From: a virus
Taxonomy: Duplodnaviria; Caudoviricetes
Strand: one strand, 5' to 3'
Length of the DNA: 64,000 nucleotides
Virus record (IMG/VR): IMGVR_UViG_3300027754_000035
Positions 19,604 to 27,415 of this stretch are shown here, one piece after another; position 1 is the stretch's first letter, and every line of letters starts with the position of its first letter. The notes beneath the pieces were generated by a model. The model was given only the letters and a program-made list of their open reading frames with translations, was not told the origin of the DNA and searched no databases. The translations under genes and the position numbers were made by a program.

Positions 19604-20247
19604 ACAGCATAACCCATGTTTTCTTGTGTCGTAAAATTCTTCATATAGTTGTTGTTGTTTTCACGTTGCTTCTCAATAGTTTTATTGTGTAGGATTGCGT
19701 AGTCTTGTTGCGGAGGAACAAACACATACGATTTGTTGCCTTCAACTTTTTCATGTAGTCTACGTTGATAGCGAATGTGTGGTTGGTTGCAAAACAATCT
19801 TGCTTGATAATCGGGGAAGTTAACCAAGCCACCATGGCTGATTCTCCAACCCCAATCATCAATATCTTTTTGAGTATATCCAGAAAAATGATTGCATCTG
19901 GGCAACCAAATTACTTCGCTAGAATCATTGGATTCAAGAATAAGATCAATATTGGTCACCAAAGCATCCGTGGGAAGCTCATCAGCATCCAATTGGAAAA
20001 TCCACTTGCCTGTACACTGTTCAATACCATAGTTTTTGTGAGCACCATAATTGTTGTTTAATTTGTGCTTGTATAGCTTTATCTTGGCTTTGAATAATTC
20101 CAAGACAGCCAATGTTTTGGGACAATCTGAGTAATCATCCACAACAACAATTTCATGATTTGGTTTGAGTGTATTGCATAATTTTGTCAATAACAACCCC
20201 AAACTTTCACCTTCATTGTGACATGTGACCAGATACGATAGATACAT
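19600..20247 (-). CDS. GT2-family glycosyltransferase
   Basis: VVDDYS, QLDADE, PDYQARLF, LHEKV. Confidence 0.88.
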   Translation of the reverse strand: MYLSYLVTCHNEGESLGLLLTKLCNTLKPNHEIVVVDDYSDCPKTLAVLELFKAKIKLYKHKLNNNYGAHKNYGIEQCTGKWIFQLDADELPTDALVTNIDLILESNDSSEVIWLPRCNHFSGYTQKDIDDWGWRISHGGLVNFPDYQARLFCNQPHIRYQRRLHEKVEGNKSYVFVPPQQDYAILHNKTIEKQRENNNNYMKNFTTQENMGYAV

Positions 20248-20249
20248 AA

Positions 20250-21581
20250 TTATCCAATTTTGAGTTTTGGCAATACAATTTGTGATGGTTGTGCATCACC
20301 AGCCACCTTTAGCTTCGGAAGTACAAACTGATTTTCGACAGCAAATTGAGGTACATACTTGTCAAGAATTTCCCACAACCGCTTGTCCATAGACTGCATA
20401 CTGAATTTTTCAGCATTCTCAGCACGCAACAGTTCGGCATTATTGCACAGCTTTTTATCGCCAATATTGTTGAATATCTGCTTGAACTTATCACCTGCGA
20501 GACTATACGAAACCTTGAACCATTGACTTTCCTTCAACAACCACTGATTAGCCGCTTTTTTATCGATTTGCTCAAGTCTACCGGGCAACAGATTTGCATA
20601 CTTTGGATTCAAGAAATCCAGATGCCCACTCCAATTTGGAGCCAGCAAAGGTTTGCCACTCAACGTTTGCAACAACAGAGGATGACCATAACCTTCGCCG
20701 TGTGTGAACGACACATGACATTTAACCTTTGGGTGATTGAATAAAGCATTCATTTCCAATTCGCTCAATTCTCCGTGCAATACATACACTTGGGGTGGAT
20801 TGCCTGTGAATGTTGAACGAATCTTATTGATCAGATTTACCACTTCAAAACGATCCATTGTGGAAAATCCAACACCGGATGTCTTGAGAATCAAACATGG
20901 CTTTACTTGGGCATTGTTATTAAATGCCTCGCAGAATGTTTTTACCAGATTACCAATATCTTTACGGTCATGATATAATCCTGTATGTGTCAATTGTCCC
21001 ACAAATAGGAACGCAAAATTCTCGGGAATCTTTTCAAGTACTTCGTCAACAGTACCAACACGTTCCTCTGTTTTTTTGAAGATATTGGTATCGGCACCCC
21101 AAAAGCAAACTTCGATGGGCTTTTTTATTACAACATCTTCTTTGCGACCATCAGGCAATTGCTTGGTCATCTTGGTGTTCAAAAACACGTTCTTGGCATG
21201 ATTGCTCAAAGCTATAGTTAAATCAACTCTATTGATTCCTTCCAAGAACTCGCCACTGGCAACTGTGGTTTCGATACCTGCGGTCATGCCGATATTATAC
21301 TTACCAACTTTTTGAAATTCGTTGGGAATACTCAATTGAACAAATAGATCGGGTTGTTTTTGCAATTGACCTTGCAACAACTTACTTGCCAATATTTTGT
21401 CCTCTGGATCAGTGATATCGTCCATGTACCGTTTACTTTGACAATTACCCCATTTTTGTGGAGCAACCTTCACGTCAAATTTATCATATCGAATGATGCT
21501 CTTGGCTACTGCTGTAGCCCAATCACCATATCCGCTGCGGTTGAATACTGGCCCTGAAATTAAACAAAATGGTTTGCTCAT
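20250..21581 (-). CDS. GT4-family glycosyltransferase
   Basis: RSGYG, AGIET, DRKDIG, SFTHGEGYGHPLL. Confidence 0.88.
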   Translation of the reverse strand: MSKPFCLISGPVFNRSGYGDWATAVAKSIIRYDKFDVKVAPQKWGNCQSKRYMDDITDPEDKILASKLLQGQLQKQPDLFVQLSIPNEFQKVGKYNIGMTAGIETTVASGEFLEGINRVDLTIALSNHAKNVFLNTKMTKQLPDGRKEDVVIKKPIEVCFWGADTNIFKKTEERVGTVDEVLEKIPENFAFLFVGQLTHTGLYHDRKDIGNLVKTFCEAFNNNAQVKPCLILKTSGVGFSTMDRFEVVNLINKIRSTFTGNPPQVYVLHGELSELEMNALFNHPKVKCHVSFTHGEGYGHPLLLQTLSGKPLLAPNWSGHLDFLNPKYANLLPGRLEQIDKKAANQWLLKESQWFKVSYSLAGDKFKQIFNNIGDKKLCNNAELLRAENAEKFSMQSMDKRLWEILDKYVPQFAVENQFVLPKLKVAGDAQPSQIVLPKLKIG

Positions 21582-21584
21582 ATT

Positions 21585-22157
21585 TTATTGAAATTGTTGT
21601 TCACGTTCTTTGATTGCATCCAGATACCGTTTGCTCGGAGTTTGTGGTGCATTTCCCAAATTTTTGTAAAGGTCTTCCATACTTTTCATTTGCTTGGTAG
21701 CCTGGTCCACAGTTTCACGTTTAGTGTCGCTGCTACCAAATCCACCACTACCACGTTGAGTTGCGGTTAGATCATCAACCTCAACAAATCCACCGACGAT
21801 AGATCCACATGATACAAATATGATTTGTGCAATCGCAGTTTCTTTACCATCCTTGATAATTGGAAGTTGAATTGGTTTGTCACCAAGATTGATGAGTGCC
21901 ACCAAGATTTCTCCACGATAGTCACTATCAATAACTCCGGCAAGAACGTCAATGCCATGTTTTACAGCCAGACCACTACGAGGAGCAACCCGACCATAGA
22001 ATCCTTCGGGGATAGCCAATGAAATATCCGTTTTGAATGCCTTACGTTCACCCGGTTTTAGTTCATACGATTCTGTAGCATACAGATCATACCCGGCCGC
22101 TCCTGCGCTACCTTTACTTGGTACAACTGCTTTGTTTGATAGTAGTTTGATATTCAT
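21585..22157 (-). CDS. dut: trimeric dUTPase with C-terminal extension
   Basis: AGYDL, APRSGLA, GVIDSDYRGEI, IAQII and RGSGGFGSSD motifs I-V. Confidence 0.95.
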   Translation of the reverse strand: MNIKLLSNKAVVPSKGSAGAAGYDLYATESYELKPGERKAFKTDISLAIPEGFYGRVAPRSGLAVKHGIDVLAGVIDSDYRGEILVALINLGDKPIQLPIIKDGKETAIAQIIFVSCGSIVGGFVEVDDLTATQRGSGGFGSSDTKRETVDQATKQMKSMEDLYKNLGNAPQTPSKRYLDAIKEREQQFQ

Positions 22158-23122
22158 GACAATTCTTGTTTGATTTTATCAATGTCGATTTTGTGCAAAT
22201 CGAAACCCAATTGATTCTGAGGCAGCTTCTTCAAATTGAAGTCCTCATTGTAGGTAAAGATATCAAACTTTCGTGATGGTGTAAAGTTATTAATAGTGAA
22301 CTCCATTGCTTTAATGAATTGATCACTCATATTTTTTGAATTGATACCACCATCCGCTTGTGCCCAAGCACGGCCCTCAGCACCACACTTTTCACGACGC
22401 TCAGATCCTGCAAGATACCAGTACATGATCGCATCTGAAATCTCCTTGTAATCCACAATGTCATCCATGATATATGGAGTGGGAGGACTACCCTGCAATG
22501 TATTGGTTGTATTCCATAAAGGCCGTACCCAACAACCATGGTTCTTGTGACGCCCCGTGACATTGGTACCAAACTGTAGGTTAAATTCAATTGGCTTACC
22601 ACTGTCGTCGGTGATACCCATTTGATCTTGCAACCCACCAGTCACAGTGGCAATCACGGGAGTGCCACACATGATGGCTTCAGCAATGCTCAAACCAAAT
22701 CCCTCGTTGCTGCTGACGTTGGCAACAACATCACATATGTTGTAGAATGCCACCATTTCTTCTGGGGTTCTGCGGCTATCTTCAATTATTACTTTGTAGT
22801 CTGGACAAATGGCATCCACCACAGCAACTAGATCTGTACCCTCGACGCTACTCTTATCGGTATGCAACCACAACGCACATTTACTGGCTTGCTCTGGGGT
22901 CAAATGATCGCAGAACGTTTTGAATGCCAGAATCAAGTTTGCTGGATGCTTACGATGTGAATTGCGACTATTGAAGCCCACCACAAATTCATAGTTGGTT
23001 TCACCAAAATATTCTTTGCGGAGTTTCTTGACCACACCTTCATTTTTATCCAGTGGTTTGAAGTATTCGGCATTGATACCGTGTGGCACATAATGTAACA
23101 GATGTTTTCCTTTTACTGGCAT
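22154..23122 (-). CDS. GT4 glycosyltransferase, C-terminal part of a split gene
   Basis: YVPHGIN, RNSHRK, SSNEGFGLSIAEAIMCGTPVI. Confidence 0.85.
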   Translation of the reverse strand: MPVKGKHLLHYVPHGINAEYFKPLDKNEGVVKKLRKEYFGETNYEFVVGFNSRNSHRKHPANLILAFKTFCDHLTPEQASKCALWLHTDKSSVEGTDLVAVVDAICPDYKVIIEDSRRTPEEMVAFYNICDVVANVSSNEGFGLSIAEAIMCGTPVIATVTGGLQDQMGITDDSGKPIEFNLQFGTNVTGRHKNHGCWVRPLWNTTNTLQGSPPTPYIMDDIVDYKEISDAIMYWYLAGSERREKCGAEGRAWAQADGGINSKNMSDQFIKAMEFTINNFTPSRKFDIFTYNEDFNLKKLPQNQLGFDLHKIDIDKIKQELS

Positions 23123-23658
23123 ACTAGTTTTCCTTCCTTGTCAAAATCACCATAGATTGAAGTGCAGTTTTCTGGTCCAAGAACCCACTTATTGATGTTA
23201 TCGGTTTGTTTACTGATTGCAAATAGAGCATCACAACTCTTGTAATATGGTTTGTTCCACATCGGATATGGTAAATCATCCCAAATGTCAAGATACGTCA
23301 GTGGAATCTTGCTGCGCAGTTGGTTCTCAATGGCATACAACCAAATCCAAAAACGAGGGTCGGTGAAGTGCAATATTGCATCTGGCTTTTCAAGTGCCAT
23401 AATTTGGAACAATGTTTCCTCATTACCATATTCATGTGTAGGATATAATCGTAAATAACAGTCTTTACGATTTGTTAGTTGATTACACGGTTCGTCCATG
23501 TTTACTACTTGACCTTGATCGGGATGCTTAATTGCGCCTGCCATTTGAACCCAATCAAAGTGATGGACAGTGCCCATCACCAATTCTCGACTCATGGTGG
23601 CAACACCACTATGCATTCTTAGGTCATCCGATAGAAGTAGAATCTTTTTCTTGCTCAT
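23113..23658 (-). CDS. GT4 glycosyltransferase, N-terminal part of a split gene
   Basis: ILLLSDDLRMHSG, FTDPRFW, WDDLPYP; overlaps the downstream half by 10 nt in the -1 frame. Confidence 0.85.
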   Translation of the reverse strand: MSKKKILLLSDDLRMHSGVATMSRELVMGTVHHFDWVQMAGAIKHPDQGQVVNMDEPCNQLTNRKDCYLRLYPTHEYGNEETLFQIMALEKPDAILHFTDPRFWIWLYAIENQLRSKIPLTYLDIWDDLPYPMWNKPYYKSCDALFAISKQTDNINKWVLGPENCTSIYGDFDKEGKLVCQ

Positions 23659-23900
23659 TTTTTATCTTTATTAGGAGTGGAAAGTTGAAACGGCTGATCA
23701 TAGCTAAGTTTTTGACATAGACTATCACTAATTTCTTTGCGAAAATTAGAATCCTCGATATATTTCTCAAGGCACTTATTGACAAAATCTTGAAATGAGA
23801 TTTTGCCTCTGACATTTATTTCTTTGAACTGAGTGTACAGTTCAATGTCTAGTTTTACTGTGGTAACAAATGGATCCATAACATATTCACATACATACAT
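23655..23900 (-). CDS. small ribbon-helix-helix-like DNA-binding protein
   Basis: TTVKLDIELYTQFK...SFQDFVNKCLEKY strand-helix-helix pattern; start may be 23879. Confidence 0.55.
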   Translation of the reverse strand: MYVCEYVMDPFVTTVKLDIELYTQFKEINVRGKISFQDFVNKCLEKYIEDSNFRKEISDSLCQKLSYDQPFQLSTPNKDKK

Positions 23901-23952
23901 ATGCAGATATGTTTGGCTCGATTATTTATATTTAAGGTATATTATCGACGTG

Positions 23953-24723
23953 TTACAAAAGTTTTTTGAATTTTAACTTGACCACATCGTCGGTACCATT
24001 TTCATAATTATATACTGCCACACTTCCTTTTTGAGCATCCCGCATTAAACCGACTCTATTGTTTTTTATAAAGCCAAGCTTTGTATTATGATCCAATAAA
24101 TTTTGCAACAACAATGATTCGTTACTGAATCTATTGCATCGTTGATTAGTAGTAATATTCGATGTTGTATTTTTAAGATTGTTATATATGGAACAATACG
24201 TGTCCATGTTTTTTCCAGACCCAATTGCGAACGCATCGTTGATTCCCCAATATCGATTTAGATCCATATTGAATTTGCGATCATACACCGTGTACAATGT
24301 GTCGATGTCTAGTAGCAACACATCGATTGGATTAACAACGTATGCGTCCAATCTGAGTCGCACAACAAAATCATAGTGAACATTGTTTTTGATTTCATAG
24401 TTTTTGCGAAGTTGGTTTGCAGCAGCAACAGAATAATACTGACTACACGTATTAAACCACCACTTGGAAGAACACTCCCTTGCATCCCGCATAGTTGTGG
24501 CACTCAATATTTGTGACAAGCTGTCACCTTCGGACGAAAAATCACGCTGTGGTTCAAATACAAATTCTTTTGGTTGAAAATGTTCAATTAGATTGTGTTG
24601 AACAGTATCCGACCATTGATGCATAAAAACATCAATGTTTGCATGATTGACAATTGCAGACAATATATTTGCATTGATCCACTCGGATCTATATTGACCC
24701 GACACACATACGGCGATATTCAT
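23953..24723 (-). CDS. capsule-locus-type putative glycosyltransferase
   Basis: IAVCVSGQYR, DVFMH, YDFVVRLRLD, NDAFAIG. Confidence 0.7.
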   Translation of the reverse strand: MNIAVCVSGQYRSEWINANILSAIVNHANIDVFMHQWSDTVQHNLIEHFQPKEFVFEPQRDFSSEGDSLSQILSATTMRDARECSSKWWFNTCSQYYSVAAANQLRKNYEIKNNVHYDFVVRLRLDAYVVNPIDVLLLDIDTLYTVYDRKFNMDLNRYWGINDAFAIGSGKNMDTYCSIYNNLKNTTSNITTNQRCNRFSNESLLLQNLLDHNTKLGFIKNNRVGLMRDAQKGSVAVYNYENGTDDVVKLKFKKLL

Positions 24724-24730
24724 ACTAATT

Positions 24731-25468
24731 TTATTTGATGTTATATACCTTTTTGAAGAACCCTACATATTCTTTTCTAAAATCTTTCCACTTTGCCACA
24801 GACAGTTCTTTTGCTTTTTTAGAAAGTTCAATTAGCTCGGAAGAATCTTTCATTTTTAGCCTAAATGGAGTCAGATGATGTATCGCACCAACATACTGTG
24901 GTTCAATAAGATAATTTTTGAACCCCGCGCGCATCGCTTTGTATGCAAAGTCTCCACTTTCACAATCACTGATAAACTTTGTAGAAAATAGTCCTATTTC
25001 TTCAAATAGCTCCGATTTGAAAAACATGATTGCGTCGGCAAACAAAACGTGATGTATACCAGGGCACACTGTGTATGCAAACTCAGAGACATCGGAATGT
25101 TGTTGAATTCCTAACACACCAGCATGAGGCAACGTGTTTGTCAAATTTCTGAACGCATCTATCCATTCAGGATTACAAATTTCAACGTCTGAGTGTATAA
25201 AACAAAAAAACTCAGTGTCGCATTGCTTTGCTACCATGTTGATTGGCTCGGAAATGCTATATTTTGTGTTGTAACAAATTTTTTGAATGTTTGGATCAGT
25301 AACGTTCCAATTTAGAAACTCTGTATTATCTTTATGTCCTGCAACAAATAACTTGTTGTTCTGGTTTTTTTTGACTGAATCCCATAACTTGTTTATGCAC
25401 TGAACCTCCAGGTCCTTCCGAACTGAGAATAGCACTGGACATACAAATGTCGTCGCATTTTTTGTCAT
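24731..25468 (-). CDS. GT2-like glycosyltransferase
   Basis: FIHSDV, DCESGD; start reassigned to ATG 25468 because the longer ORF overlaps the upstream gene. Confidence 0.75.
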   Translation of the reverse strand: MTKNATTFVCPVLFSVRKDLEVQCINKLWDSVKKNQNNKLFVAGHKDNTEFLNWNVTDPNIQKICYNTKYSISEPINMVAKQCDTEFFCFIHSDVEICNPEWIDAFRNLTNTLPHAGVLGIQQHSDVSEFAYTVCPGIHHVLFADAIMFFKSELFEEIGLFSTKFISDCESGDFAYKAMRAGFKNYLIEPQYVGAIHHLTPFRLKMKDSSELIELSKKAKELSVAKWKDFRKEYVGFFKKVYNIK

Positions 25469-25475
25469 ACTGAAA

Positions 25476-26369
25476 TTATTTGGTAGCCTTTCCATCGCAC
25501 GCTTTCTTGTAATGTGTACAATACTTGCAGTTCTTTTTGCTGTTACCGGGAATTTTTGGATACTCATTGTCGGCATTATAAGTACCATCGGTATTGAATC
25601 CGTGATCCAGAAACCCAATGAAATTATTGATACTTTCTTTGATAGCCATTGTACCATGTGCGGGTACAAATGATTGAATACGATTCTGAGGGAAGGTAGA
25701 ATCAGCAAATAGCTTGCGTTTCACAATAAAGAATTCCACATCAATAGCGTCAAGCGGAACGTTGAACTTTTTGCTGTACACGCTCTTGTATAGATGCAAC
25801 TGTGCATATTTACTTTCATCGGCTTTTTGGTATTTATTCCAACCATTGCTGCTGGTTTTGATATCAATAATCCTATACTTTTCTTTGTTGGTTTCCTTCA
25901 ACACAACATCAACAAAACCAACAAAGTCTACATTATTTTTGAGTGAGATTTCCAATGGCAATTCAATACCAACCAACTCAAATTCCTTGGCTGGGAAATA
26001 TTTGACACGATTGCTTTGCTTGCTGAATGCGGCGATGATGTCCTCACCATCGTAGCAGAACTCGTTGTAGTCATCATCACTCAATACAACGCCAGCTTTG
26101 CGAATCTTATCCACTTCCTCGTCAAATTTGATCTTGAACATTTTGTTGAGTTCCAAATCAGCAGCAACACCTACACCTTCTTTGTACAGTGCGGTCAAGT
26201 ATGCTTGCAACACATGGTGGATTGCTGTACCAAAAGCGGTGTGGATATTATCGTCACGAACTCGAAGATTCTTAACGTAATCCAAATACCACTTATGAGG
26301 ACACTTCAGAAAAGTCGAATATTGACTAAAACTCACTCGGTTTTTCTTTTTTTGTTCTTGATCAGACAT
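25476..26369 (-). CDS. PD-(D/E)XK RecB/AddB/Cas4-like exonuclease with a putative 4Fe-4S staple
   Basis: KCPHKW, GTAIH, IE..GFVD..IDIKT, QLHLY, C-terminal CKYCTHYKKAC. Confidence 0.85.
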   Translation of the reverse strand: MSDQEQKKKNRVSFSQYSTFLKCPHKWYLDYVKNLRVRDDNIHTAFGTAIHHVLQAYLTALYKEGVGVAADLELNKMFKIKFDEEVDKIRKAGVVLSDDDYNEFCYDGEDIIAAFSKQSNRVKYFPAKEFELVGIELPLEISLKNNVDFVGFVDVVLKETNKEKYRIIDIKTSSNGWNKYQKADESKYAQLHLYKSVYSKKFNVPLDAIDVEFFIVKRKLFADSTFPQNRIQSFVPAHGTMAIKESINNFIGFLDHGFNTDGTYNADNEYPKIPGNSKKNCKYCTHYKKACDGKATK

Positions 26370-26375
26370 ATACCC

Positions 26376-26403
26376 ATGATACACTATAACTAACGACTGT
26401 CAA
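26376..26403 (-). promoter_or_regulatory. sigma70-like promoter
   Basis: Minus strand TTGACA-16 nt-TATCAT, 6 nt before ATG 26369. Confidence 0.6.
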
Positions 26404-26426
26404 CTGTAACAACTATTTATTAGCGT

Positions 26427-27173
26427 ATGAAAAAATTATTCGCAATTTTGCTATGTTCTCTTGTTTTGAGCGTCCATGTTTATACAAATGATTTGTATCT
26501 ATATGATGCTGTTGAAAAAGTGGAACTCAACGAGGTCATCAACAACAAGTTAAATGTTCTACCAACCGCAGTTGGAAAGACATTCACGCTCACCAATGGA
26601 TTATCGGTGAACACGTCTACCAACGCAAACACCACCTATGTTTTGCCCCACCGCCTCGCAGTGTATCAGAAAGATAGTGGCGCAGCATACTTCAGTGCGG
26701 GTCAGATTGAATACACCAATGATTTTGTGCTACCAGCCGTGGTCAATGTAAAGGATCATGTGTTTAATTTCTCATATCAGGGTGAACTCTACTGCGTTAG
26801 TGAATCATCAAAGCAAAGCACCATTGGTACCAGCATGAACATGATTGTATTTGATCGTACCAAGCTATTTGTCAAAGCAGGCGACAAATTCACGCACGTT
26901 TATGTATTAGAAGGAACTGCAACAGTTCTTGACAATAAGAGCAAAAAGAAAAAAGTATTGAAGGCTGGAGATTATTTGGTCATTACTCCACAAGCTACAT
27001 TGAGTCCCCGTGAAGCAACAGTGACCAGTTTGGGCAATAGTTTCAGCATCAAAGAAGTGGAAGATGTGGAACGTGATGCACACGCAGCAGAAATTAAGAC
27101 TTTACAAAGCAAGTTGGATAATGTATTGTTTGTGAACTATGGCACCAACATATTTGGTGTTAAGTTACACTAA
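26427..27173 (+). CDS. exported protein with FecR-like beta domain
   Basis: N-terminal signal peptide (MKKLFAILLCSLVLSVH); THVYVLEGTATV...LKAG resembles FecR. Confidence 0.6.
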   Translation: MKKLFAILLCSLVLSVHVYTNDLYLYDAVEKVELNEVINNKLNVLPTAVGKTFTLTNGLSVNTSTNANTTYVLPHRLAVYQKDSGAAYFSAGQIEYTNDFVLPAVVNVKDHVFNFSYQGELYCVSESSKQSTIGTSMNMIVFDRTKLFVKAGDKFTHVYVLEGTATVLDNKSKKKKVLKAGDYLVITPQATLSPREATVTSLGNSFSIKEVEDVERDAHAAEIKTLQSKLDNVLFVNYGTNIFGVKLH

Positions 27174-27400
27174 TGAGAATAGAACAACTAAAAAGTCTTG
27201 ATGAAGATGAATTGGCAATACTGTGGTATTGTATCAATAAAATTGAACCAACAGTAATTACGGGCATTGAGTTAGAGCCAGAATTGTTTACTTCTATTGA
27301 TCACAAAGCGTTGATGAATCGGGTAACAAACTGTAGAATTAACATAAAAGAAGAACACCACCAAGTTTTTGATGGACTTGTGGCGAAGTTACGAGTATAG
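27173..27400 (+). CDS. hypothetical protein
   Basis: 75 aa, TAATG coupling to the upstream gene. Confidence 0.7.
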   Translation: MRIEQLKSLDEDELAILWYCINKIEPTVITGIELEPELFTSIDHKALMNRVTNCRINIKEEHHQVFDGLVAKLRV

Positions 27401-27401
27401 T
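27373..27401 (+). promoter_or_regulatory. possible sigma70-like promoter for polB
   Basis: TGGACT-17 nt-TATAGT. Confidence 0.45.
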
Positions 27402-27415
27402 AGTTACTGAACTGT

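Noticed and set aside
23115-23140. Canonical programmed -1 slippery heptamer
   Set aside because: GAA GGA AAA CTA does not give an in-frame X XXY YYZ
24731-25708. Long N-terminal extensions in the ORF track (also 9740, 12331, 34260, 36673, 40998, 47671, 48353, 52447)
   Set aside because: They overlap neighbouring genes; internal ATGs with stop/start coupling or short intergenic spacing fit better
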